A stretch of 64,000 bases of DNA from Eledone cirrhosa. Taxonomy: Eukaryota. Positions within the stretch are counted from its first letter, which is position 1; every line of letters starts with the position of its first letter. Location of the stretch: contig OZ024745.1 of the NCBI GenBank assembly GCA_964016885.1, positions 95,356,001-95,420,000 of the forward strand, written 5' to 3'. Below the pieces are notes generated by a model. It was given only the letters and a program-made list of their open reading frames with translations. It had not been told where the DNA came from and searched no databases. A program made the translations under genes and the position numbers. This document shows, piece after piece, positions 25,629-38,045 of the stretch.

Positions 25629-25629
<1 letters not shown>
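21036..25629 (-). mobile_element. Full-length R4/Dong-like non-LTR retrotransposon (copy 1)
   Basis: Bounded by (ATT)n on both sides, with a single RT+CCHC+RLE ORF. Its 3' UTR and 1.1-kb leader are shared with copy 2. Confidence 0.9.
21221..24508 (-). CDS. R4/Dong-like polyprotein: RT, CCHC zinc knuckle, restriction-like endonuclease (1095 aa)
   Basis: KSPGPDG, YRPITCL, IDYRKAFD, RGIFQGDSLSP, LLFMDD, YKYLG, CRICGEREETVAHIVSEC, RHD, RPDLVVVD...IVDV, EKINRY. Compared with copy 2 it has a 1-nt deletion near the start and GGA>TGA about 21 codons before the normal stop (21158). Confidence 0.92.
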   Translation of the reverse strand: MPLAQQQEPDCQPNTADVGGRRKRKRARTNWTKELNRTVMQCYLKSNPKERGYRRRMHNIWNEIGLFKLDEQKLAGQARVIRTNGWISELELEELSRENGLEMAGVVCQTSEPVGNEGEEVLRTEEPPEADNDLNTEINNTWNRDTATEEMNADGLGQDSVDILNLVVDELNNDSGRHMNLRFVDRKKLKETTAKVNKVIPYLEARSLHQCNNILKATANTVRKLLGIKARGNNRQERAEPWWKKRLSGQIGEMRNDIGKLESLLNGTLKNIGTKNRLEIKYKTRSKKLNIIIEELKQRIVAKSAKIRRYENRVSQYKQNRMFDNSQKMLFGQLERKERGNDLIPGAEQTKTFWRGIWEQDVRHNAQAGWIETVQREIGEQAQQQTDLSITIETLKGQAKKLTNWKSPGPDGVQGYWIKHLTSIHPKLTAMFNDCLVSGEVPEWLTKGTTVLIMKDRIKGNDVTNYRPITCLSVMWKLLTSIVSEEIYHHLHTNNLLPDEQKGCRKKSRGTKDQLLIDKMVMGNCRRRHTDLAMGWIDYRKAFDMVPHSWITKSLEIFRVADNIRQLLGRSMGSWETELTSTGVSLGSVKIKRGIFQGDSLSPLLFVLALMPLTIMLRKVRAGYNLGRGELTINHLLFMDDLKLFGKSEKELDVLVDTVRIFSSDICMQFGIGKCGVIVMRRGRLSRSSRIQIPTGEMIKEIDSEEGYKYLGVLEADGIKNKKMKEFLRTEYIRRVRSVLKSHLNSRNAISAVNSRALSIIRYSAGILRWNVSEQKEMDRKTRKLLTIYNMFHKRSDVDRLYLRRSEGGRGLISIEDCVQMEKNNLYKYVTYSKEPMLKTVLKEGTVGQGMSKEEITSRRKSSLKGKSLHSTFFEKTEFRDPQTWNWLRRGDLKKATEGMLMAAQEQALKTKWLKHHIYKEEASPLCRICGEREETVAHIVSECKHLAQTHYKGWRHDVMGRVIHWHLCKVNNLPHSEKWYEHRPEAVMENNQVKVLWDFRIQTDKKLEHNRPDLVVVDKEKRSCLIVDVACPFDTRVQEKEREKINRYQDLKWEVKRIWNCHEVNVIPIVIGALGTISKSFQGWLKKIGPFTLF

Positions 25630-25669
<40 letters not shown>

Positions 25670-28600
25670 TCTATTATTGTTATTCCTTGAATCTCAGTCA
25701 TTGATGTTGGTTAACTGGAAAGTCCGTTGGAATGAATATCAAGCCACTACCTGCAGCCTCAGATATTCAGGACGTATCGGAGGGTTCTTGCTGTTCCCAG
25801 CAAGCATGCCTTTTGAAGCGTTCCGAAAAGCGTGAAGGGGCCGATTTTCTTTAACCATCCCTGGAAACTTTGGGAGATAGTCCCCAGTGCGCCTATGACA
25901 ATCGGGATCACTTTGACTTCATGGCATTTCCAAATCCTTTTTACTTCCCACTTTAAGTCCTGGTATCGGTTAATTTTCTCCCCCTCCTTCTCTTGCACTC
26001 TCGTGTCGAATGGGCAGGCCACATCCACAATCAAACACGATCTTTTTTCTTTGTCCACAACCACCAGGTCAGGTCTATTGTGTTCCAGTTTCTTGTCCGT
26101 CTGTATCCTAAAATCCCACAGCACCTTCACCTGATCGTTTTCCATAACCGCCTCTGGCCTATGCTCATACCATTTCTCAGAATGTGGTAAATTGTTTACT
26201 TTGCACAGGTGCCAGTGGATCACCCTGCCCATCACATCATGTCTCCAGCCCTTATAGTGGGTCTGGGCTAGGTGTTTACACTCGGATACAATGTGAGCCA
26301 CAGTCTCCTCTCTCTCTCCACAGATCCTGCACAGTGGGCTAGCCTCCTCCTTGTAAATATGGTGTTTCAACCACTTCGTGTTGAGGGCCAGCTCCTGCGC
26401 AGCCATTAACATTCCTTCTGTAGCCTTTTTATGGTCTCCTCTTCTCAACCAGTTCCATGTCTGTGGATCTCTAAATTCAGTTTTCTCAAAGAAGGTAATA
26501 TGAAGGGATATTCCCTGAAGGCTGCTCTTTCTCCTTGATGTTATTTCCTCCTTGGACATCCCCTGGCCTATTGTCCCCTCCTTCACCGATCTCCCTCTGT
26601 ACTGTCTCAATCCACCCTGCCTGGTCATTATGTCTAACATCCTGCTCCCATATTCCTCTCCAGAATGTTTTAGTTTGTTCCGCCCCAGGCATCAAGTCGT
26701 TGCCTCTTTCTTTCCCCTCAAGCTGTCCAAACAACATCTTCTGGTTGTTGTCGAACATGCGGTTCTGTTTATACTGACTGACTCTGTTCTCGTATCGCCT
26801 GATTTTTGCACTCTTTGCTACAATGCGTTGCTTCAGTTCCTCTATGATAATATTTAGCTTTTTCCTCCTAGTTTTGTACTTTATTTCCAGTCTATTTTTA
26901 GTGCCTATTTAGTGTCCCATTCAGTAGTGACTCAAGCTTTCCTATGTCATTTCTCATTTCCTTGATTTGACCACTCAGTCGTTTCTTCCACCACGGCTCT
27001 GCTCTTTCTTGTCTGTTGTTTCCTCTCGCTTTTATACCAAGTAGTTTCCTCACCGTATTTGCTGTTGCTTTGAGGATATTGTTGCACTGGTGAAGGCTCC
27101 TTGCCTCAAGGTATGGGATGACTTTGTTTACCTTAGCTGTTGTTTCTTTTAACTTTTTCTTGTCTACAAATCTTAGGTTCATAGGTCTCCCACTATCATT
27201 GTTCAATTCATCTACCACTAAATTTAGGATGTCAACCTAATCTTGTCCTAGCCCGTCAGCATTCATCTCCTCAGTGGCCGTATCTCTGTTCCAGGTATTA
27301 TTTATCTCAGTATTCAGATCATTGTCTGCTTCGGGTGGTTCCTCCGTTCTCTCGACCTCTTCACCTTCGTTTCCCTCTGGCTCGTTTGTCTGGCATACTA
27401 CACCCTCCATCTCCAAGCTATTCTCTCTGCTCAGTTCCTCCAGTTCCAGCTCGCTTATCCACCCATTAGTTCTTATTACCCGAGCCTGCCCGGCCAATTT
27501 TTGTTCATCTAATTTAAATAGACCAATCTCGTTCCAGATGTTATGCATTCCCTCCTATAGCCCCTCTCCTTGGGGTTACTTTTCAGGTAACATTGCATAA
27601 CAGTTCTATTCAATTCTTTCGTCCAGTTGGTTCTGGCCCCTTTCCTTCTTCTTCTTCCTCCAACATCAGCAGTATTTGGTTGACAGTCAGGTTCCTGCTG
27701 CTGAGCCAGGGAGCACCTGTTGGGTGAGAGTCTGTCACATGACGTTCTAGTCTCCATTTCACCGTTATTCGAACTGTTTAGGTTCGATATTTAAACACAC
27801 TTATTGAGGATTGGCGAATGTATGGTTACATAGCCATCTGTGGATTCACCGTCTCCGGTGGTTGCGCCGCTCCACTTGGCTCTTGTGTGGCATTATCACC
27901 ACGCTGTAGACGAACACAAATAAACAAACAAACACACAGGCAGAAAAAACCCCAAAAATGAATAAGCATAAGTTTCATTGTAATGTAGTGTTCGAATGTC
28001 TGACTTAGATTTTCCCTTCTCTTCTCTGTCCGTCCGCTTGTTTCTCTCTTCATTCTTATTTTCTTTACGTTTTTTTTTGTTTTTTTTGTTTGGTTTTTTT
28101 TTTGTTTGGTTTTTTTGTTTTTTGTTTTTGTTTTTCTCTGTTTGTTTTTCTCGTTTTTTGCTGTTGTTGCTGTGCTGCTTTGGTTTTGATGTTTGTTTTT
28201 TCTTTTTTCTTTTAAGTCTATCTATATATTTTGATGCCTTCCTCTTTTTTAGTAGGAATTTTATAATGTGGTGGCAGCAACTAGCAGGAAGCAATGGGAG
28301 AGAATAGCGGCGGTAGCGATACTGAGACAGTGGTGGTAGTGATGTCGATACCGAGGCAGTGGTGGTGGTGATGTGATCGTATTACTGTAGTGATGGTGTT
28401 GTAGCGGTGGTAGCAATGAAGGAGTGGTGGCGGCGGTGATGGGATAGTGGTAGTAATGATGGCAGTAGTGATGGTGTTGTAGCGGTGGTAGCAATGAAGG
28501 ACTGATGTCCGTTCGCTGAATCTATGGGGTTAGTCGCGTATATGTGTTGACCTAAATTCCCTTAATGTTGGGATTAAACATTTTGTTAAGACTTGGGACA

Positions 28601-29037
28601 ATAATAATAGTATTTATTATTATCCTTATTATGTTGAGATTTGTTGTGGTGGTGGTGAAATTGCCGTTATCTGGCTGTTGTGTTTAGTGTACACAGAGAG
28701 GTGATGGGGTAGGTGGTGTATCTAGTTTCTGGTGTTGGTGAGATTGGTGTTGTTTGGCTGTTCTATATAGTGTAGACAGAGGAGGGGGTGTTCTTCTTCC
28801 ATTTATAGCCATTTTCTTTTTTGAATATACAATGTACAATACAAAGTTGAATATTTGAATATTTGAGCCTTATAACAATATATTTTGGGTCCGAATTTTT
28901 TTGGGGCTCAAGCCGGATGCTTTACGTAGCATTTGTACTAAGAGTTGTTATTTCACAAATGATTTAAATATGTTAAAAATTCAAAACTTACGGGAGCGAT
29001 TTCATGACCTTCTACCACCTCGTGCGTCTTCTTCCCT
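25630..29037 (-). mobile_element. R4/Dong-like copy 2, internally deleted (RT domain lost)
   Basis: Colinear with copy 1. The junction at ~26584 joins copy-1 equivalents ~21984 and ~23372. It keeps the N-terminus, CCHC and RLE (ORF 25759-26640). Confidence 0.9.
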
Positions 29038-29067
29038 AATTATTATTATTATTATTATTATTATTAT

Positions 29068-29755
29068 AGTTGCATTTATCTTGCTTTATGTTCATACGAG
29101 TTATCACCAAGTCACAACCAGTGACCTTAAGAGACAACAAGGTCCGCTATGTTCAAGAAAGAACATACATACTCACACATGCATCTTTAGTGTTTAGACT
29201 TGTGATGTACTTATATTGACAGAATCTTCCTTAGTATATGGGCAGTTCCCATTAGTACTATCTTTTGTATTTCTCCTATACGCGGGTTTCCTGGGATTTG
29301 CGATAAGTAATCATTAGACCCCTTAGGTATCATTCCCAGAGCGCCTACAACCACTGGTATTGTTTTAGTTCTCAACTTCCACATTTTTCCAATTTCTATC
29401 TCCAGGTCCTTATACTTGCTCAATTTTTCAAATGTTTTTATAGATACATTCTTGTCTATTGGAACGGACATATGAATTAGCAGACATACCCTGTTTTTAA
29501 AGTCCTTCAGCATTATATCAGGTCTATTTGCATCTATTTTTCGGTCTGTTTGGATGCAAAAGTTCCACAAGATTGAGATGTGATCTTTTTCAAGTATGGG
29601 AGGTGGTTGATGCTCCCACCAATTCTTTTGATAGGGCAGGTCAAAATGCTTACACATTATGAAATGTATGTATTGTGCAGCTTTGTCATGCCTGTTTAGT
29701 TATTTGGTTGGAGCTTTAGGACTGCACATCGAAATTATATGATCAATGGTCTCTT
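29068..29755 (-). mobile_element. 5'-truncated R4/Dong-like element of a second family
   Basis: ORF 29211-29657 has ILWNFCIQTDRKIDANRPDI...KLSKYKDL...IPVVVGALG. ETIDHIIS.C and RHD lie upstream. Flanked by (ATT)n. Confidence 0.88.
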
Positions 29756-29982
29756 ATTATTATTATTATTATTATAGGTCTAAGCGGACGTATTTTGCTC
29801 GCTCACAGTAAGTCGCTTTATTTGCCTGTTAAAATTATTTGTTGTTAAATATTTCTTGTTGTGTAAGGGATATAAGCCCTTAGACTTTGCCCCGTGAAGG
29901 GGAAAGTATAATATTTGGGCCTTTTGGCCCAAATATTTGAACTTTTTTTTACATGTTAAAAAATTTACGAAGAAACAAAAAC

Positions 29983-31956
29983 ATGGCTGAGCCACGCCCC
30001 CCAGCGATATGTCGGCTGTCGTGCGACAACGACGTAGAAGTTGAGAGGAGCGCTACAGCGAAATTAACACACATTGATAACACAAACACCACCACATCCA
30101 AGGTAAACAAAGACACCAATGATACCAATAAGAACTCTAATTTTTTAAAAAATGACAGTAACAGCGACAACGAAAATGCAGATAACAAAAAAAATAACAA
30201 ATACAACAATAACATCAACACCACTAACATGAAAACAAATAGCGACAAGACCAACAGCAACAATACCAACTGCACCGAGAACAACGGTGGCAACAAAGAC
30301 AACAATGATAACAGCGACAGTGCTAACAACAACAAGAACAACGACAACAGTACCCCCAACGAAAACAAGAAGAACACTTTCGCTGCGGCAGCAGCAAAAA
30401 AGAGGCCATGCTTCAAAATGGACCTCTCAAACAAAGATGAAAAGTTGGCCCAGGCATGGAAGCTCATCAAGCAAGAGCAAACTTGGGCCAACTTAACTGT
30501 CCCGGTAGAAGCTATTGAGGCAGTGGAGCGCAGAACGGTGCATTATAGATGCATCTCAGCACAAACCAAAAGGGCAGCTTTAATCCCACAAGAAGATGTC
30601 GAAGTCGCGCTGAGGTGCATCAGAGAAGACACCCAGTACATAGAGAGGGGCAGACAGTACGGCACCATTTCGGTGTTGTTCAAGTCAGAAGCTCTCGCTA
30701 TGAAACACGCTATGACTCCTTGCAAAACCAGCAAGGTCATAATGTACCCCTCCCACATGGGACAAAAAGAACAGCCCGTCTCCGCATTCCCAGAATCCCA
30801 CCAGGACTTGACATGTGGTGGCTTCTGGAATGTGTGATTGTGGAGGGGACGGATACAGTCCCTATAGAAGTGACCAGAACGGCCAGAGAGGACTGGTCCG
30901 GGGTTGACCTGGAGATCCTTCTCCAGATCAGGCCCGAGAATGTGAAGATAATCCCGGACCACATCCGCCTTCAGAATGGGACGGTCATTCACATTATGAC
31001 CGAAGGCAAATGGCCACAGTGTTTTGTTTGTGGGGAAAAAACCCATTTGCGAGCCTTCTGCCCTCAACTGCTGAAAAAGGCAAGGGGTCGAAAGGCTCCA
31101 CTGCTGCCGACGCCGGGGCGAGGACCACAACAAACACCAGCACCGGCAAAACCACCAACAACACCAATAGAAAGACCACCACCAACATTGACCACCCAGG
31201 GGGGAAACGAGGAAAGCTGTCAAATTCCTCCTCCCCCCCCAAAATACACACACCAATAAAACCATAAACATACATACAGACACACTTACAGACACAGACC
31301 CCTCATCTACCAGTAGTGAAAATGAGGGAAATCCCAAATCCCCCAAAATACAAAAAAGGAAACACAAAAAGGAAAAGAAAACTCAACGATGCACAAAAGC
31401 ACCCACAATAAAAAAAAACGCAGACACCACCCACGCAAACATCTCTCCAATAACACCAACATCAACACCACCATCACCATCACCAGAATCCCCCAAACGC
31501 AAACAACCGAAACAGACGCAAGAACAAATATACACACAAACATCTGAAACCACAGACACCGCACTCACAACAAACACAGATACAACCGAAACAACACCAC
31601 CAAAGCCATCACCACCACAACCACGGAAACAAATAAAATCACACCAACAAAACATACAAAACTTTGTGCTCGTCAGGAGAGCCAACAAGGAACTGATGTC
31701 CCTCGTAGCACGAAGTGAAAATATACAAAAAGACGGGGAAATTTTTAAATCGAGCACATTTCGCGTGCCGGAAGATTTGGTTCTGGTGCGAATGTCGCTC
31801 GACATATTCAAAGAAATACGAGACAGCTTTCCTCGGGACGTGGGAACCCCGAACGTAAAACCCACTTCAAGACTTTTAAAGAGGTTCCCAAAAGAAACCC
31901 TACTAACTATGGAGGTCAAACAACCCGACCTTCAAAAGAGCCCGGAAGGTAAGTAA
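29983..31956 (+). pseudogene. Tx1 ORF1 (gag-like, CCHC knuckle), frameshifted
   Basis: TFAAAAAK, IERGRQYGTISVLF and CFVCGEKTHLRAFC, with N/T- and P/T/K-rich tracts. Split over several frames. Confidence 0.8.
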
Positions 31957-31989
31957 ACCTTCCTCTCTCTCTCTTTTTAACCTGCCAAC

Positions 31990-34900
31990 ATGGCCGTATT
32001 AAGAATAGGATGTTTAAATGTTAGAGGCCTGGGATCGTCCTGGAAGCAGGGTCACCTGCTCAACGAACTCAGGTCTATAGAAATAGATGTAATTGCAGTC
32101 AGCGAGACCAGGATTTCCGACACGCGCGCACTAGCCCCCATTTTCGACGACTATCAGATCTTTGCATCTGTTAGTCGGCCGGGAATGGGAGGTGTGGGGG
32201 GGCAGTGCTGTTTAGGAAAGGCCTGGATATCGAGGTAAGGTCGATCTTTCGGGACACGGACGGGAAGTTGGTGGTCCTGGACGTGAACAATAACGAAGGT
32301 GGTGCCTTTAGACTGTTGGCCGTCTATGCTCCTACTGGAGCAGGACGACCGGACTTCTTTAGACGCCTGGAAGACTTTCTGGGTACGTCTCGCCCTTTAC
32401 TGTTAGCGGGGGACTGGAACGGCATCTTAGATGCACGCTGGGACTGTGTGGGAGTATCCGATAGGAGCGGGGTGTGCAAAAGCCTCAAGAACCTGATCAG
32501 TCAGTTCCAACTGTCTGACAGGTACCGACTATATTTCCCTAATGCGCCAGTGTGGACCTGGGCTAACCGCATAGGATCATCTAGATCGTATATAGACTGG
32601 ATATTCATTAGGAAAATAGACAGAAATAGTGCAAGCTGTCCACGTTTTGAAACGGTCGCCTATTCAGATCACAAGTTTGTGATCTGTATGGTCGACCTAG
32701 ATAAGACGCGTAGGTTAGGACCTGGTTACTGGAAGCTAAACATGTCATTTCCGGCACGTAAGGCTTACAGGGACCAGGTCAACAATTTAGTTAAGAAAAA
32801 GTTGACAAGGGGAATCGTCAACAATAGATGGTGGGGCGCTCTCAAAAGAGAGATTATAGTAATGTCGATAGAGTTTAGCATTAGAAGTAGCATTAGAGAA
32901 AAATAGAAAGAAGGGGGAGTTGGAAGATAAGTTAGACGAGGCTATTGGTAGTGGCATTGCAACTGATGTGCTAGCGGCGAGAATGGCATTAGACCATTTC
33001 TTCAATGCGAAACACGAAGGTTGCATTGTCAGAGATAAGGTGCGTGCTCTGAGAAACGAGGGAACCAAAGCTGTTCGATGGGCCCGCGTGGCAGAGGCGC
33101 AGCATGGTAATAAAACAACGATTCGGTCTTTGACGGACCGAGACGGGCACGAGCTGAGCGATTCCAAGAGGATGTGTGAGGCCTTTCGCCAACATTTTGC
33201 TCGGTTGTTCGGGGGAAGTGGCGGGTCAGAGATGGTGGCGGACTTCAGGCCCTACCTAGATGGTTTGCCGCAACTCTCGACGGCTGATGCTGGGCGCTGC
33301 GAAAGGTCAATTACTTCAGGATGCCCTTGTCGGCTGCATGAGGCGCAAGTCACCCGGTTTGGATGGTCTGCCCTACGAGCTTTACGTAAATATGCCAGAC
33401 TTGTTCTCCAATCTCCTCGAAGCCCTCTACTGCAACTGGCAGCAAAACGGGAGTATTCCCAGTTCTGAGAGCCGGGGCGTAGTGACGCTGATAAGGAAAG
33501 ACGAGAACAAGAGGGACACATTAGACAATTTCAGGCCCATAACTCTGCTCAACACAGAGTTTAAGATTTTGGCCAGGGTGTTAGCGAAGAGGTTGGCGCT
33601 TGTCGTCGGGGGTTTGGTTGGGGAGACGCAAACTTGCGCAATCCCAACCAGGTCCATACACGACAACCTCCACCTAATGCGATACATCATAGAGAGAGTA
33701 GGGTGTAAACCTGGCTTCGGTGGGGCTCTGATCAATTTAGATCAATCGAAAGCATTCGATAGGGTCGAACATCGGTACCTGGAGGCTGTCCTCAAGGCCG
33801 CTGGCTTCGGCCCCGTCTTCAGAAGCTGGATCGCTGCAATGCACAGCGGCACCTGCTCGATGGTCAAAATTAATGGCCACCTCACGGAACCGTTTCAGGT
33901 CTCCCGATCGGTCCGTCAAGGTTGCCCTCTCTCCTCCCTTATGTACGTGTTGACTCTCGAGCCTTTACTGCGGAAGCTAGAGCTGTTGCAGGGCATCCCG
34001 CTCGAATCGGGACGCGGAGAGGCTGTTTCGGCTTATACGGACGACATCACGGTGATGGTGTCGGACACCTCAGAAATCGAGGTGGTCTGCAACTTATTGG
34101 AGGAATATGAAAGGTTAACGGGAGCAAAACTTAACCCGGAAAAGTCAGTGGGCTTGCAACTCGGCACCTGGAGAGGCAAGTCCATGCCGTCCAACAGCGT
34201 CGTTAGGCGCTGGACGGACGGACCGGTAAAGTTGCTAAGGGTTTGGTTCGGGCCAGACCTCCAGGTGGATAAGAATTGAGACGAGGTGACGGGCAGGGTA
34301 GTCAGTCTCACCCAGAAATGGGCTGGGATGAAGCTATCACTGATAGGTCGGGCGGAGGTGGCGAACGCGTACATCGCGTCCGTCATCTACTACCGTCTGA
34401 CTGTCGTCCTTTGCGCCCGTTCTCGCCTCGCCATCTTGGAGCGGCTCCTCTTCAAATTCTTGTGGAGGGGTCAGGTTCCGCTGGTGAGGCGGTCCATCTG
34501 CTGCCAGCACCCTCTACGTGGAGGGCTGGGCATTCCGTGGCTAATGATGCGCAGGCACGCGCTGAGGCTGCGGCACCTCCAGATATTCTGCCTAAACGGT
34601 GAACAGGTGTGGTCGCCGTTTGTCAGACTGGCCTTTCCGCAACTCGTTTCTTTGACTGAGTTGCAGTCCTGGGTCAAGAAGAGACCGAGACTGGGTGACT
34701 GGCATCTGGAATGTTGCCAGGCACACACTGCCCACTACCAGGCGGGCAATGCGGTCAGTGGAACTTCCACTCTCGAGTTCTATAGACCATTAGTGGTGGG
34801 CAAATGCGACGACGCATTCGGAGAGGCTCTGGGAGTCAACCAAGTCAAACTAACCAGTCTGTACCGGAGGACTTTCGAGCCGGGGACGATGGATAATTAC

Positions 34901-35406
34901 CAAAAATCCCTCGCTTGGCAGTGCTACCGGGGGGCACTGCCGGTTCGAGATAAACTCTACAGGCACGGAAGTGCTGTCAGACGAACCTTCCCGAGATGCG
35001 CGCAGAGTGACGAAACTGTTCCGCACGCACTCGTCCATTGTCCGTGCATTACTGACTTGTGGAGTTATGTTGAACAGCTGTTGTCGCGTGTAGAACGGAT
35101 CCGGCTATCGGCCGAGTCCATAGTGAAGATCGACCCGCCACCTTCTTTTGGCCAGGAAGGGCAGGCAATTTTCCTCTGTCTGGTGGCAGTAGCGAAAGAG
35201 GTTGTATGGTGGACGAGGTTGAAAGGACTGAAGACAGACACTTTTCTCTTCGGCCAATCCCTCATCAACTTTTTCAAGTTTCACTTGGAAAGGAAGGTGA
35301 GGGTGGAGTGAGAAGTGCTGCCCCCCCCAGTACATTTGCTGAAAGGTGGATGAAAGTGGCGAGAATGGCCCGTGTGAGTGGGCCTACTCTGGTCATGCGG
35401 CTGTAG
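31990..35406 (+). pseudogene. Tx1 ORF2 (apurinic endonuclease + RT), frameshifts and stops
   Basis: CLNVRGL, VSETR, VYAP, GDWN, SDH, YWKLN, KSPGLDGLPYE, FRPITLLN, LDQSKAFDRV, VRQGCPLS, YTDD, GGLG and C-terminal ETVPHALVHC. Confidence 0.92.
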
Positions 35407-35907
35407 GTAGGTAAATTTGAAGAGGAGAGGGGTGCCCTTCCATGGTGCTCTCGAAGCGTCGGGTCGTTCAGGACTGGTGGGGTACCTGAGCGAACCCTAG
35501 GTGGTCATCCCCCCTATTGGGGAATTTTTTCTTGTTGTAATTTTATTGCTACTTTATTGTTACTTTGTTATTGTTACTTTGTTATTGTTATTCATTTTGT
35601 TTACTCGATTTTTCTGTAAAACCCCACTGTCCCAGTCTTTTGTATTGTCCCCTATATGTCGGCCCTTGTGGCCAAATGAAATCATTATTATTATTATTAT
35701 TGGCGACATACGTAGTAAATCGTATTATTGTGAGCTCCGCAAAGGTTTAAGTTGTTTAAATTGCCATTTATGGAAAACTTTTATTGTTAACTGTATATAA
35801 GTGCACATACATTGTTTTCTGAAAAGGACACTCAAAAAGATTGGGGCCTTGAGCCCAAAATTTAAACTTTTATAATTATCAAACAAAAATTTTTCTTTGA
35901 AAAAATC

Positions 35908-38010
35908 ATGGACGACTCAGAGTCACACCTTCCTCACAAACTAACACCTCACACCGACACCACCATTGTAAATATTACTACGTTTGCCAACACTAAAATT
36001 ATAAGCAGTAGCAATATTTTAAATTTGTCTCAGGCAGACATTTATTTCCCGCCATTACCAATGACTGCAGGTGTTGAAGCCGCCACCTCCACCACCACCA
36101 CACCGACAACAGAAACAAAAGAAAAAAATAAATTATCTCGTGATATCGAAATGAACTCTTCCACACCGAACACCACTAACGCCACCAACACCACAACTGA
36201 AACTAAAATTAACAATAACAAAAATAACGATAACAACAACAGCAACAATGAAATTAAGAAAACCACCCTGTCTTTTGCAAGAGTAGCAAAAACGTGCGAA
36301 GCGATCCAGGTGACTCAGGAGGAATTAGAAGAAGCCAAAAGAATGGTAAAGAAAGATGGGTACAGGGTCAGCCTCACCCACCCACCCCCACACACACCTA
36401 ATAAAATGGAGCATCGGCGCCTATGCACCGTGTCTTATCGGACGATTAACATAAAATCGGGCCGAGAGGAATGGGCATCCGAGTCCCAAATCCTAAAAGC
36501 TTTGGGACATGTGTGGGCAAAAAAAACCCACATCAGACGTGGGCAGAAATATGGAACCGTGGACGTGTTCTTTGAAACACCACAGGAGGCCAGAGAACAC
36601 TCCATGGCCCCATTAAGAAGTGACGACTTCACACTCGTCCCAAGCTATTGTGGCCAGAGACTCGTGAAGATCAGGGTGACCCACGTTCCACCGGCCATCG
36701 AAATTCCCTGGCTAATGGCAGCCGTCCTCGCCGGCATCGGGGCCAACACCAAGATAATCGAAATAGCGAAAGAAAAGCAGAACTGGTCCGGATCTGGGAT
36801 GGAGCTCCTGATCCAAGCGGACCATAAAAGCATTGAGGAGATCCCAGAGGTAATAGACCTCACTGACGGCAGCCACCTCACCGTAATCGTCGAGGGCAGA
36901 AGGCCTAGGTGTGTCGTTTGTGGTGAAGGAACCCACCTAAGGGCTTTCTGCCCTCGGGCTAAAAGGTTGAGGCCACCTTTCTTACCCACCCAGTGACTCA
37001 ACCATCAACACCACCAGCAGCAGAGATGGCAGCAACAAATGTAGCAGCAACAACAGAAGCAACTGTAACAGCAACAACCCCAGCAACAGTAGCAAGACCA
37101 ACACCACCACCACCCAACGCACCAGAACTAGCACCAGCGCCTACACCATCCACCACGCCACAACCAAAACCAACGCCTGTGGGGGATTTTCCACTCCCCG
37201 GCTTATCGCAACTGGAGACAGATTGTGACGACGACGAGTGGGAAACGGTATCAGGAAAAAAGAAAAAAAGAAACCAAAAAAGAAAAAATTCTCTTCCTTC
37301 CTCCTCCAAAAACAAAATACAGAGGGAAACAAATAAACTATCAAACAAAAAAGTTAGGACAGATATGCCACCATCCACACCTGCATCACCAACACCATCA
37401 CCATCATTAACCTCAAAACCACCATCACCAACACCACAAAGGTCACCAAAAAGCGAAACAGAAACAAACCCACAACAAACGCAAACAAAACAAAACAACC
37501 AAAACGATACACACTACACAGCATTAAATTTGAACAACAAATAGGCGGTGGATTGGCAGTATCGGTAGAGGGTCGGACGCCATGCTTTCCAGCATAGTTA
37601 CGTCCCTTTACGATCTGAGTTCAAATCCCGCCGAGGTTGACTTTGCCTTTCATCCTTACGGGGTCGATAAAATAAAGTACCAGTAATGCACTGGATAATT
37701 GCTGGCCTTGTGCCTAAAGTAGAAACAATTAAATTTGAACAACAACCAATTATTACACTACATCCAACACAACACCAGCATCACAGAAAAAGACTACACA
37801 ACAACCCAAAAGTTCACACCACCTCCACACATACAAATCACTCGCATCACTCAGAAAACGTACACGACACCTGAAACAAAAATTCCCCAAATACATCGGA
37901 GACTTCCGATAAGCACTCTCCAGGAGGATTTATAAGGACATCCTTCCTGAGGAGGCCACAAGCAGTGATAAGGATGGAGAAACCATCCTTCCTCTACGAG
38001 AAGTAAGGTA
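35908..38010 (+). pseudogene. Tx1 ORF1, interrupted by frameshift and SINE
   Basis: LSFARVAK, IRRGQKYGTVDVFF, CVVCGEGTHLRAFC and WETVSGKKKKR. Confidence 0.8.
37541..37727 (+). mobile_element. Full-length SINE inserted in Tx1 ORF1, 18-bp TSD
   Basis: SINE consensus flanked by attaaatttgaacaacaa at 37523-37540 and 37728-37745. Confidence 0.92.
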
Positions 38011-38045
38011 AGTGGTCTTTCCCATCTTTTCCACTCCATTTCAAC

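Larger units (their letters stand above)
29776..35685 (+). mobile_element. Full-length degenerate Tx1/L1-clade LINE (element 1)
   Basis: ORF1 with a zinc knuckle, then ORF2 APE-RT-Cys. T-rich 3' UTR and (ATT)n on both ends. Confidence 0.9.
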
